A stretch of 64,000 nt of DNA, from contig CAWDFP010000005.1 in NCBI GenBank assembly GCA_963801605.1, forward strand, positions 1 to 64,000. The letters are read 5' to 3'. Of the stretch, positions 10,570-19,787 are shown piece after piece. The stretch is from an uncultured candidate division Zixibacteria bacterium (GTDB lineage Bacteria > Zixibacteria > MSB-5A5 > UBA10806). The notes under the pieces are model-generated. The model did no database searches and was not told where the DNA came from. It saw nothing but the letters and a program-made list of their open reading frames with translations. The number at the start of each line of letters is the position of its first letter. Within the stretch, counting starts at the first letter, position 1. A program made the translations under genes and the position numbers.

Positions 10570-11246
10570 GACGGGCAATTGTAATTTCTATCATAATTCA
10601 TTGTCTGGCCCTGCTGCTGGTATTCAAAAACGGTCTCGAGAAAGAGAAAGGCTATCCTCCGGTCATGATGGTACATCTATCATCCCCGCCGCCGGCCTTG
10701 GGCATTCCCAATCCTCCGGCCGCCAAAGCCGAGACAGCCGTCACTCCGCCCAAGAAAGCTAAAACTCCCGAACCATTGCCCAAAGATGCCCGGACTGCGG
10801 AGATAAATGCCAAGAAAAAGCCCAAGCCTCAACAAAAACCGAAACAGAATACCAGCGATGAAATACCGGCCAAGCAGGATTTACCGGAATCCAAATCGAA
10901 AGGGCTTCCCGATGGAGTCCAGCTTGGTTCGGAGTTCGGGTCGGCGCGTCTCGATGCCACCGGGTTTGATTCCCCTTATTATCTCAACATCCTCTTTAAC
11001 AAAATTCGCAATCAGTGGGAAAACCCCTATGATGGCTCCAACGGAATTTCCTGCACTATCTATTTCGTAGTGGACCGTAATGGTGATATCACTGATTCCG
11101 CCATTGAGAAATCATCGGGCGTGCCGGTATACGATCAATCGGCACTAAGAGCTGTGCTGAACGCCAAAGCGCCTCCGCTCCCCAACCAATTTGGCGCCGA
11201 TCAACTTGGCATCCACCTCGAATTCCAATTTATTCCCAATCAGTAA
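10566..11246 (+). CDS. TolA/TonB-family energy transducer
   Basis: N-terminal TM with SxxxH, Pro/Lys-rich linker, C-terminal KSSG...DQSALRAV domain. Confidence 0.82.
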   Translation: MRRAIVISIIIHCLALLLVFKNGLEKEKGYPPVMMVHLSSPPPALGIPNPPAAKAETAVTPPKKAKTPEPLPKDARTAEINAKKKPKPQQKPKQNTSDEIPAKQDLPESKSKGLPDGVQLGSEFGSARLDATGFDSPYYLNILFNKIRNQWENPYDGSNGISCTIYFVVDRNGDITDSAIEKSSGVPVYDQSALRAVLNAKAPPLPNQFGADQLGIHLEFQFIPNQ

Positions 11247-11271
11247 TAATCACATGGTTTTCCGCTATAGA

Positions 11272-11300
11272 TTGACATCAATAAGCCTAAAGGATATATT
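11272..11300 (+). promoter_or_regulatory. Sigma70-type promoter of tolB
   Basis: TTGACA-17 nt-TATATT, ending 6 nt before the ATG. Confidence 0.75.
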
Positions 11301-11306
11301 CTCGTC

Positions 11307-12632
11307 ATGATTAAAAAACTGAATTTTCTATTGGTAATTTTTTCAATTTTGGCTCTGTCAAACACTGGATTTTCACAGCAGAGACCTGAGTTCCAGGGCA
11401 AAATTGTTGAGGGTCCCACTGTACAGCTTCTGACGGTGGCCGTGGAAAATTTCCGGATGCCTAACGGATTTGCCACAATCGAGGATAGCCTCCTGGCGGT
11501 TCAAATGCAGAAGGTCCTTAAGGACGATTTGGGATTTTCCCTTTATTTTAACGTCGTACAGCCGGATTCGGCATTTCTGGCTGATTTCGCCAAGGGGAAA
11601 ATGAACCTTGATGATTGGATCTACCTCGGCGCTCAAATGCTGATCTCTGGGCGAATCGAGCGCGAAGCGACCGGCATTCTCTTTACCGCCGACGTGACCG
11701 ACACTTATCGCAATAAAAATGTTTACAGCCATGATTTCGTTGGTGAACCGCAGAATGCCAGATATATAATGCATCGAGCCGCCAATGATATCCTCTACAA
11801 TCTCACCGGCGAAGAAGGGCCGTACTTTTCGAAAATTGCATTTTCCTGCGATGCCTCCGGCCACCAGGAAATTTGGACATGCGATTTTGACGGTTTTGCC
11901 CCAACTCAACTGACTCATGACAACAATATCGATATCATCCCCGACTGGTCGAACGATTGTCAGAAAATATTCTATACCAGTTATAAGAAAGACAACCCCG
12001 ATCTTTATTACTTAGACATAGCGCAGGGGAAAAGCACCTCATTTTCGGCGCGAACGGGTATCAATACCGGCGGGGTTCAAAGCCCCGATGGCCAGTATAT
12101 CGCCGCAACTCTTTCCGTGGGCGGGGATGCCGAAATCTATTTGCTCGATTCCCTGGGCCGCATTGTCAAACGTCTCACATTCTCCAAGATGATCGATACG
12201 GCGCCGTCCTGGTCGCCGACCTCGCACGAACTCGCCTTCACATCGGACCGCACCGGCCTGCCGCAGATCTACATCACCGATACCGACGGCCTTAATACCC
12301 GTCGTCTCACATTCCAGGGCGATTACAACGATCAGCCTGCCTGGTCGCCCAAGGGTGACTTGGTGGCCTATTCATCTCGTGAACGCGATGGTTTCCAGAT
12401 ATACACTGTTAATGTTGTAGATCAAACCACTCGCAAGCTGACCGATGTTGCCTCCAACGAGGGGCCGTCCTGGTCGCCGGATGGTTTGCATATTATTTAT
12501 GCCTCCGATGCCTCCGGTGATTATAAGCTCATGCAGATGGATTACAACGGCATGAATAAGCGGCAGCTCGATACACCCGGCAATTGTAAAACCCCGGAGT
12601 GGTCGAAAAATTTAAAGCCGAATCAAAATTAG
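11307..12632 (+). CDS. tolB: Tol-Pal beta-propeller protein TolB
   Basis: Signal peptide, TolB N-domain, repeated PxWSPxG (PD40) motifs, FTSDRTG.PQIY. Confidence 0.92.
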   Translation: MIKKLNFLLVIFSILALSNTGFSQQRPEFQGKIVEGPTVQLLTVAVENFRMPNGFATIEDSLLAVQMQKVLKDDLGFSLYFNVVQPDSAFLADFAKGKMNLDDWIYLGAQMLISGRIEREATGILFTADVTDTYRNKNVYSHDFVGEPQNARYIMHRAANDILYNLTGEEGPYFSKIAFSCDASGHQEIWTCDFDGFAPTQLTHDNNIDIIPDWSNDCQKIFYTSYKKDNPDLYYLDIAQGKSTSFSARTGINTGGVQSPDGQYIAATLSVGGDAEIYLLDSLGRIVKRLTFSKMIDTAPSWSPTSHELAFTSDRTGLPQIYITDTDGLNTRRLTFQGDYNDQPAWSPKGDLVAYSSRERDGFQIYTVNVVDQTTRKLTDVASNEGPSWSPDGLHIIYASDASGDYKLMQMDYNGMNKRQLDTPGNCKTPEWSKNLKPNQN

Positions 12633-12814
12633 TTTATATAGCGGATTCACTCTCTTGAACTAAATAATACTATTATTTTGGGGATGGTAATTAGCAGGGC
12701 AATAGCGAATTTCGGCTTGCCATCCACTTTATATACAATGAGTTGGCGCATTTGGCGGATTTGAATTTTAAGCTATTGATAATTTTATCCCCCAAAAAAA
12801 GTTCTGAATTGGGG

Positions 12815-12843
12815 TTGATTTTCGCAAAAGCAACTCCTATAAT
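12815..12843 (+). promoter_or_regulatory. Sigma70-type promoter of pal
   Basis: TTGATT-17 nt-TATAAT. Confidence 0.7.
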
Positions 12844-12987
12844 GGTAATAGCTGAAAGTAATTAATTGATGTTCATCGAGAGGGAGGGGGAACCCCTCAT
12901 GAGGGACACGCGGATAGTTATCTATGGTTTTAACATAAATAGATCCGAGAGATAATAAATTAAACTTAAAATCCCAAGGAGGTACCC

Positions 12988-13494
12988 GTGAAATTAAAAC
13001 ATTTAGTCCTGCTTATTATTCTAGCTTCATTTATTGCCGCCATCGGATGCGGTAAAAAGCCGCCGCCGCCGCCACCGGCCCCGCCGCCGGTAGTCGTTGC
13101 GCCCGACACTACAACTCCTCCACCTCCGCCGCCTCCACCTCCGCCGCCACCGCCGCCGTTGCAGCTGACAGCCATCTACTTCGATTATGATAAGGCTGAA
13201 ATTCGGGCTGACGCTCGCGATATTCTGTCCCAAAACGGTAAATCGCTCACCGATCATCCTGCGTCAACTATACGGATCGAAGGCAATTGCGATGAGAGAG
13301 GCACCGAACAGTACAACTTGGCCCTCGGCGAGAGAAGGGCTAACGCCGCCAGAGATTACCTGGTAAATTATGGTATCAGTGCTTCGCGGATAACCACAAT
13401 TTCCTATGGTAAGGAACGTCCGGTTGCCAAGGGACATAACGAGGAAGCCTGGTCAAAGAACAGGCGGGATGATTTCGCCATTCAATCTGAATAG
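12988..13494 (+). CDS. pal: Peptidoglycan-associated lipoprotein
   Basis: Lipobox AAIGC, poly-Pro linker, IYFDYD, EGNCDERGT.QYNLALGERRA, SYGKERP, NRR. Confidence 0.95.
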   Translation: MKLKHLVLLIILASFIAAIGCGKKPPPPPPAPPPVVVAPDTTTPPPPPPPPPPPPPPLQLTAIYFDYDKAEIRADARDILSQNGKSLTDHPASTIRIEGNCDERGTEQYNLALGERRANAARDYLVNYGISASRITTISYGKERPVAKGHNEEAWSKNRRDDFAIQSE

Positions 13495-13519
13495 CCGAAA
13501 TCGTAATTTTAGGTTTTAT

Positions 13520-13549
13520 CCGGGCTTCTATCGAGGCCCGGTTTTTTTT
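13520..13549 (+). terminator. Intrinsic terminator after pal
   Basis: CCGGGCTTC-TATC-GAGGCCCGG + T8. Confidence 0.88.
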
Positions 13550-13598
13550 ATGCTTAAATTTACCCCCTTACATGCTCCGAAAAAATCCGTATTTCGAG

Positions 13599-13625
13599 TA
13601 AATTCGCTTCCCATACTGCCGATTA
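13599..13625 (+). promoter_or_regulatory. Sigma28 (FliA)-type promoter upstream of the sigma54 activator
   Basis: TAAA-15 nt-GCCGATTA (consensus TAAA-N15-GCCGATAA), just after the pal terminator. Confidence 0.75.
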
Positions 13626-13707
13626 GAATTATGTAAGGCCGCCCGATCGGGCGCGATGTAAACTGGCTTCCAAGTCCGGATCGCTTGTATCCGAGTTTTT
13701 GAGGAAT

Positions 13708-15135
13708 ATGCAGAAAAAATCGGTACTGGTCGTTGACGATGATCCGCAGATCGTAAAAGCGTTAGGCGAATGCCTTAATAATTTCGATTATGGTATGAAA
13801 GTCGCCACTACCGGGGCAGAGGCTCTACTGAAGATGGCCGATCCGGAGTTATCGCTTGTTATCCTCGATGTTAACCTGCCAGATTATTCCGGACTTGATA
13901 TCCTCAATAAAATAAAAGAAACCAATTCCAATTTGCCCGTCATTATTATAACCGGATTTATTTCGACCGAGGCCGCAATCGACGCCATGAAAATGGGCGC
14001 TTATGAGTTTGTAACCAAGCCCTTCAATCTCGATCGAATCTCCACGCTCGTAAATCGCGTCATGAAAAAATCCAGCCACCTGCGCGGATTGGAAACATTT
14101 TCCCGCGAGCCAAACCTGATCCCCGGCGAGATAATCGGACGATCATCCGAATTGATGGAGATTGCCAAAATTATCGGTCAGGTTGCGGCTACTGACGCCT
14201 CAGTTCTTATTATGGGTGAATCGGGTACCGGCAAGGAATTGGTGGCCAAATCTATCTACCGCAATTCACTGCGCAAAGATAAACCGTTTCTCTCTGTCAA
14301 TTGCGCCGCCTTGCCCGAAACGCTATTGGAATCGGAATTATTCGGTCATGAAAAAGGCTCGTTTACGGGTGCTTATACCCGTAAGCTGGGCAAGTTCGAG
14401 GTCTGCAACGGCGGCACCCTGCTGCTCGATGAAATTGCCGATATGAGCGCCCTGACTCAATCTAAAGTCCTGCGCGTTTTGCAGGAGCAGGAATTTGAAC
14501 GGGTCGGCGGAACAGAAACCATCAAAGTCGATGTGCGCATCATTGCGGCCACCAATAAATCGCTGGTAAATCTCATTAAGGAAAATAAGTTCAGGGTCGA
14601 CCTATTCTATCGTCTCAAAGTAGTTTCGATATATCTGCCGCCGCTTCGCGAACGGCGTTCCGATATTCCGATCCTGTGCGATCATTTTATCAGTATTTAT
14701 TCGAGAGAAACCGGTAAGGAAGTTCGCGGTATCTCCAAAACCGCTATGGACGGTTTAATGCGCTACTCCTGGCCGGGCAACGTTCGTGAACTGGAAAACA
14801 ATATTCATACCGCAGTTGTAATGGCAAAGGGCGATATCCTGTTGCCCGAAGACTTCCCGATTCTATCGGAGCATCGCGAGACGATCAGGATCGACTTGGA
14901 GCAGATCGAGGCCGATTATGCCAAAATGTTTTCGGATATTCTGACTCCCAATTTCGAGAAAATAGTCAGCATCTCGGGCAATCATCTTTATCATCACCTG
15001 CAATCCGGATTCGAAAAAGCTTTGATGTCGGCGGTTTTGAAATTCACCGGATCAAATCAGGTAAAAGCATCCGAATTGTTAGGCATTTCGCGCAATACCC
15101 TCCGAGATCGTATCAGTAAATACGGATTGTATTAG
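13708..15135 (+). CDS. Sigma54-dependent response regulator (NtrC/AtoC family: receiver, AAA+, Fis HTH)
   Basis: VVDDD, ILDVNLP, GESGTGKE, ESELFGHEKGSFTGA, LDEI, WPGNVREL, LGISRNTL; TTG at 13699 is an alternative start. Confidence 0.94.
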   Translation: MQKKSVLVVDDDPQIVKALGECLNNFDYGMKVATTGAEALLKMADPELSLVILDVNLPDYSGLDILNKIKETNSNLPVIIITGFISTEAAIDAMKMGAYEFVTKPFNLDRISTLVNRVMKKSSHLRGLETFSREPNLIPGEIIGRSSELMEIAKIIGQVAATDASVLIMGESGTGKELVAKSIYRNSLRKDKPFLSVNCAALPETLLESELFGHEKGSFTGAYTRKLGKFEVCNGGTLLLDEIADMSALTQSKVLRVLQEQEFERVGGTETIKVDVRIIAATNKSLVNLIKENKFRVDLFYRLKVVSIYLPPLRERRSDIPILCDHFISIYSRETGKEVRGISKTAMDGLMRYSWPGNVRELENNIHTAVVMAKGDILLPEDFPILSEHRETIRIDLEQIEADYAKMFSDILTPNFEKIVSISGNHLYHHLQSGFEKALMSAVLKFTGSNQVKASELLGISRNTLRDRISKYGLY

Positions 15136-15265
15136 CGTAATTTTCAGTTTCCCTATTACCCTTCCCAAAATTAGAACCATACCATCCGTTGCTTATGCTT
15201 GCATTTCTGTTACCATTTTCTTTAAGTTAGTAAGCATCACAACTGCGTAACTCACAACTCACAAC

Positions 15266-15300
15266 AAAAAAAGAACCGGGGCTCAATGATGAACCCCGGT
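15266..15300 (-). terminator. Intrinsic terminator of the S8 protease gene (possibly bidirectional)
   Basis: ACCGGGGCTCA-ATGA-TGAACCCCGGT with an A7 run on its left (U tract on - strand). Confidence 0.8.
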
Positions 15301-15324
15301 AAAATTAGAAAGATATATTCTTGG

Positions 15325-18300
15325 CTATTCCGATGAGCCCAGTCCTTCCCGTTCAACCGAAATTGGCGTGGGATTAATACGAGGCATCGAAAGGATTCCG
15401 GTGCTGGGGCAATCGGCACAGGAGTTTGGCGTCGGGCCTCCCTTGAAATAGGATACCATAAACGTAATATCGAGGCCGTTGAAACTGCAGCTTGCGTTGA
15501 CATCGCCTGCCACATACCAGATTTGGCCCGTTGTGCATTCGCAGGAGTAGGGAGGAATTGCGCCGCCCTTGAAATAAGCCACACCGTAGGTCACATCCAA
15601 CCCGTTAAATACGCCTGATGCGTTGACGTCACCCATAGCGTACTGACAGCCCGGATTGACGGGATCTACCTGGATATTAACCGGAAGTGAAATCAATGGC
15701 TGATCGGTATCGTTGGAGTTGAGCGTTATTTGACCGGGATAAGTGCCTGGGGCTAGTGACGTGGCATCGAACAGCACTACTATCGTATCTCTTGCCGCCG
15801 CCGGAACGTTGCCGGTATCGGGCGTAACGCTAATCCAGGTCTGGTTGTCATGGAGGCCGTAGTATAGAAGCCCCGAGCCAACATTGGCAATGAAGAAGGT
15901 ATCGCGCATGCTGCCGCCGGTTAGGATTGTTTCGTTAAACGATGCTACCGAAACGTTTATATCGGGGGTAGGCGCCGCCGTCACTCGAAGCTGAATTGGA
16001 AGCGTGACCTGCGCATGCGCCGGATCATTGGAATTGGTCAGCACCGAGCTGTTATATGTCGATGGTGCCAATCCTGTAGCGTTGAGCGTAACCGCATGAA
16101 TGAGGCTATCGCCGGGGGCAATATTGTATGGCCCCAGCCCCGTTGAAATCCAGGCCGCCTGAGGAGCAAATGCCACCGTAAGTGTGGCGCTTCCGGTATT
16201 CTTCACTTTCATATTAAATGGCGCCGATTGACCGGCTTGCAACGTATCTGTGAAGTTCGCTGGCGTCTGCACGATATTGGGCGTGCCTGTGCTGCCGACC
16301 GTGAAACTTACCGGTATGACCACCGCGCCTTGATCAGGATCATTGGAAAGGAGATCGAGATGGCCCGTGTAGTTGCCGTCAATCAGATGGGTCGCGTCGA
16401 ATGTAACTATGGCCGCTGAGTCGAACCCGGCATTTACAGTACCGCTGTGCACATTAACCGATAACCAGTTCAAAGGCGGCGCAAACTTAATCGCCATATT
16501 GCTGTGCAGATAATCGGCGTTATAAACCACTTCCAATCCGTCTGAGCCGTCCTGGTTTTCCATTCCAACGGTCAGAGAGTTTAGGCCTCTGGTGCCTCCG
16601 TTCACTGTTCCGTATTGCAGAATTATCCTGCCGGTGGGATAGAGGATAAATTCAAAATAGAGATCCCCACCGCCGGAAAAGAACGGCACATTGCTAAAGC
16701 TCACAATAAAACGATTGTTAACCGTATCGTTATAGTAGTACACGGTGCCGCGGTTCTGAGGGCTTAAGTCATCCCAGAGTCCGGCAATAAAATTATTGGG
16801 TATGGCAGCCGTCGGAATCGTTCTATTACCGTACGCCGCAGTATCGGCGTCGAATGATAGAAAACCGTTGGAGCAAACATATATCGAGGTATGATTGTCT
16901 CCGTAGAATGGGAATGTAATCCCCATGGGGAATGGTCCCAGGAACTGGTCGTCTATGGTAAAGGTTACCGGAGTTCCAACCCCGCTGATATCAACCCAGC
17001 TAAAAGCTGGTCCGCCGGGATCGTCGGAATCGATCCAAGTATAACCATACGTATCGGGCCCGCCGTTACCGCTAATGACCGGTGGATAGATCGGCTGATG
17101 TTCGTCTCCCGTTTTGGCTCCCGAAATATCGGAATAACCGATTGGACTGGCCGCAGGTTTGTCGGCGATATTGCCGTTACCGCCGCCATTGCCCAGAATA
17201 AGCCCCGTGGTATCCATTGTTTCATTGAGAGTAAAATACAATGGACCACCGCTTAAATTTGAGATATTCAGCGTTTCGCGCACCGTGTTTCCCACGGGAG
17301 CCGATACGATGAACGTCGACGGATCATAGGCGAGATCGGGAGGAGGTGTGGGAGTCAGGAGAAAATCCTGTGATACGGTATCGTTGGCCACAACCGCTAC
17401 GGTGTGATCAAGAGTATAATATCCCAGATATGATGCTCTGAGAGTGTAAGAGGTATCGGCGCGCAGCGCTAAGAAGTAGTGTCCTTCGCTATTGGCTACT
17501 GTTGAGGCCGATCCGTTGATAACTGTGATAGTTGCCGGAACGGGAGCGTTCGTATTGGCGTTGCGAACATAGCCATCGATAAAGCCGAAGCCTGCCATCG
17601 CCAATTGCACTGCATTCCGCAGATCGAGATAACCGTGACCGTAGGTATTATCTTCGCCGGTTGGCCCCAGGTCAACGCAGGATTGTAATATGATATTCTT
17701 AATTGTATTGACGTCTAAGTTTGGATTTACCTGGCGCAATATTGCCACTGAGCCTGTAATGTGCGGCGAGGCCATTGACGTTCCGCTCCAGGTGCCGTCA
17801 TAACCGCCGCCCGGTATTGAGCTATAAACATTGTAACCGGGTGCGACGAGTTCGGGCTTGATAGCCATATCACCGGATGCGCAGGAGCAGGGACCAAGCG
17901 ATGAAAAGTAAGCTATCGGATATCCCGGAGTATGGCCGTCGATAGCTCCCACGGAAAATGCATTGAAATATGTGGTAGCGCGGTCAGCCGGAGTCCGCAG
18001 CGAATTAGCGCCGTAGGAACCCTCGTTACCCGCTGAAAATACAACTACCACGCCGGCGTTCTCGCAACCATCCATAACGGCCCAGAAGGTGTTATCGCAA
18101 TGGGGCACGCCGTGAAGCTGAGGAGACCATCCCCAGGAGTTGCCCACGCAATCGGGCACGTCGCTAATAGTACCGGGGTTGCCATCGGGATCAGTGATAA
18201 ACTGAAATGAGGCGATAATATCGGATGTTGTTCCGCCGTAATCCACTGAACCGGCGGCGATCCATTGAGCATTAATAGCGACACCAACTGTATCACCGGT

Positions 18301-19032
18301 GGTGGTGCTTCGACCGCAGATCGTACCCATGGTATGCGTGCCATGCTGGCCGTGATCGGTGGGTGTGGTTGTGCCCTCAACCGGATCGAACCAGCATTGG
18401 CTGGCCGGATGGCCATTGTTGCCTCTCCAGCGGGCTGTAAGAGCCGGATGAGTCCCGTCAACGCCGGTATCGATATTGGAAACTAAGCGGCCGGCTCCGG
18501 TAAAGCCCATCGCCCATACCTCGGGGACATGCATCACATCGAGACCATCGGGGTGGCTGGCGATAACGGGCGGCGGAGGTTCATCTGATTTTATAGGCTG
18601 GATTGATTCGACCGGATAGTCGAAAATAACTTTTTCAATGCTGCTTGATGCGGCAATTTCCTGAATAGCTTCTGATGTGCCCTTAAAACTCACCATATTG
18701 GCGATCCAGAAATTGCGCACTTTTTCGACCTGCCCCGCGGCTTCCATGCTGTTTAGCTGGGATAGTAATCCGCTTTGGGTTTGGGTCGCCTTGCTTTGCA
18801 AAGCGGTAACAACCTCGTAATGTCTCTCGGCCAGCGTAGCCTGCCTGGCGTGAAGGGCAATATCCATGCTGGCGTTATCAACTTTGTCTGCCATTATCGC
18901 AATTACTGCGATTTTTTCGCCCGGCTTGGCGTTGGCGATCATCTCATCGAGTGGAGCTTGAATTGTTCCCGCCTGCGCTACGGATGCGAGGAGGAAAGTC
19001 AAGGCTAACAAAACGAAAACGCAATACTTCAT
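15325..19032 (-). CDS. Secreted S8 (subtilisin/bacillopeptidase F-like) serine protease with propeptide, beta-sandwich repeats and C-terminal dockerin-like domain
   Basis: Signal peptide; triad IDTG, HGTH, GTSMASP; oxyanion SAGN; repeated SND.D..P beta-sandwich ends; duplicated GDVN..FNGLD C-terminus. Confidence 0.92.
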   Translation of the reverse strand: MKYCVFVLLALTFLLASVAQAGTIQAPLDEMIANAKPGEKIAVIAIMADKVDNASMDIALHARQATLAERHYEVVTALQSKATQTQSGLLSQLNSMEAAGQVEKVRNFWIANMVSFKGTSEAIQEIAASSSIEKVIFDYPVESIQPIKSDEPPPPVIASHPDGLDVMHVPEVWAMGFTGAGRLVSNIDTGVDGTHPALTARWRGNNGHPASQCWFDPVEGTTTPTDHGQHGTHTMGTICGRSTTTGDTVGVAINAQWIAAGSVDYGGTTSDIIASFQFITDPDGNPGTISDVPDCVGNSWGWSPQLHGVPHCDNTFWAVMDGCENAGVVVVFSAGNEGSYGANSLRTPADRATTYFNAFSVGAIDGHTPGYPIAYFSSLGPCSCASGDMAIKPELVAPGYNVYSSIPGGGYDGTWSGTSMASPHITGSVAILRQVNPNLDVNTIKNIILQSCVDLGPTGEDNTYGHGYLDLRNAVQLAMAGFGFIDGYVRNANTNAPVPATITVINGSASTVANSEGHYFLALRADTSYTLRASYLGYYTLDHTVAVVANDTVSQDFLLTPTPPPDLAYDPSTFIVSAPVGNTVRETLNISNLSGGPLYFTLNETMDTTGLILGNGGGNGNIADKPAASPIGYSDISGAKTGDEHQPIYPPVISGNGGPDTYGYTWIDSDDPGGPAFSWVDISGVGTPVTFTIDDQFLGPFPMGITFPFYGDNHTSIYVCSNGFLSFDADTAAYGNRTIPTAAIPNNFIAGLWDDLSPQNRGTVYYYNDTVNNRFIVSFSNVPFFSGGGDLYFEFILYPTGRIILQYGTVNGGTRGLNSLTVGMENQDGSDGLEVVYNADYLHSNMAIKFAPPLNWLSVNVHSGTVNAGFDSAAIVTFDATHLIDGNYTGHLDLLSNDPDQGAVVIPVSFTVGSTGTPNIVQTPANFTDTLQAGQSAPFNMKVKNTGSATLTVAFAPQAAWISTGLGPYNIAPGDSLIHAVTLNATGLAPSTYNSSVLTNSNDPAHAQVTLPIQLRVTAAPTPDINVSVASFNETILTGGSMRDTFFIANVGSGLLYYGLHDNQTWISVTPDTGNVPAAARDTIVVLFDATSLAPGTYPGQITLNSNDTDQPLISLPVNIQVDPVNPGCQYAMGDVNASGVFNGLDVTYGVAYFKGGAIPPYSCECTTGQIWYVAGDVNASCSFNGLDITFMVSYFKGGPTPNSCADCPSTGILSMPRINPTPISVEREGLGSSE

Positions 19033-19392
19033 AAGTTCTCCTTATAGGATTTAGTAGCGCCCGTTATGATACTTATTAAGTTTTTCCAAAGTACCCTCAG
19101 TTGTATTTTGCGCGCATAAAAAGAAGCGTCAAATCTAATTATATTACAAATCATCCAAAAATCAAGGGATAATGCCCCAATTTTGCAGATAAAATTGTTG
19201 GCTCCAATTACATTTTCTATCCCGAGAAGTTCATTTTTCGATCATTTTTGTTTAACTGGAGGAAAAAAATGAACAGCCCCTGGGAAGTTTCTTCCGCTCC
19301 TATTTTAAGATAGACCGCGCTCCGACCTTAGGTTCGTCTTCTAACGCCTTAAATACCAATAAGATATAGGATAGGTTTTACAACCTGAAACA

Positions 19393-19409
19393 ACGGCATA
19401 AACCTTGCT
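19393..19409 (+). promoter_or_regulatory. Sigma54 (-24/-12) promoter of the flhF'-flhG-fliA operon
   Basis: ACGGCATAAACCTTGCT = GG-N10-GC matching TGGCAC-N5-TTGC, 63 nt upstream of the first ORF. Confidence 0.8.
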
Positions 19410-19472
19410 TTAACACATTGCGAATGGGCAAGTTGGATCAAATACAAAACAGGATGAGCCGAGGAGGCCGAT

Positions 19473-19787
19473 GTGATAGTTAAAACTTACACAGCCCCTG
19501 ATCTCGAAAAGGCTCTCTGGCTTTTGAGTGAAGATTTGGGACCTGCCGCTACTATTCTTAGAACGCGTTTCGCTAACGCTGCATCGAATCCCAATCATCC
19601 AATCAAATTTGTCGAAATAATTGCCGCCCTCGAATCGTCGCTTCACGGCCGGCAAGACCTGCAATGTCAGCCCCAAAAATCGATCAAATCATCAAATAGG
19701 ATAAAGCGCGCCAAAAAAGCGGGCGTCTCCAAAAGAGAAACAAGCCCTGAAAATTATCCTGATTTCTTCGAGGTGGTGGGATGGTAA
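19473..19787 (+). CDS. FlhF N-terminal-domain-only protein (no SRP GTPase domain)
   Basis: GAGGAGG RBS; MIVKTYTAPDLEKAL...EDLGPAATILRTR...VEIIAALE matches the FlhF N-terminus; precedes flhG-fliA. Confidence 0.65.
   Translation: MIVKTYTAPDLEKALWLLSEDLGPAATILRTRFANAASNPNHPIKFVEIIAALESSLHGRQDLQCQPQKSIKSSNRIKRAKKAGVSKRETSPENYPDFFEVVGW

Noticed and set aside
12966..13257. Gly-rich and Arg-rich minus-strand ORFs
   Set aside because: Antisense shadows of the pal poly-Pro codons.
15249..15265. AACTCAC tandem repeat as a CRISPR or iteron remnant
   Set aside because: Only about 2.5 copies of a 7-mer, with no spacers or cas genes.
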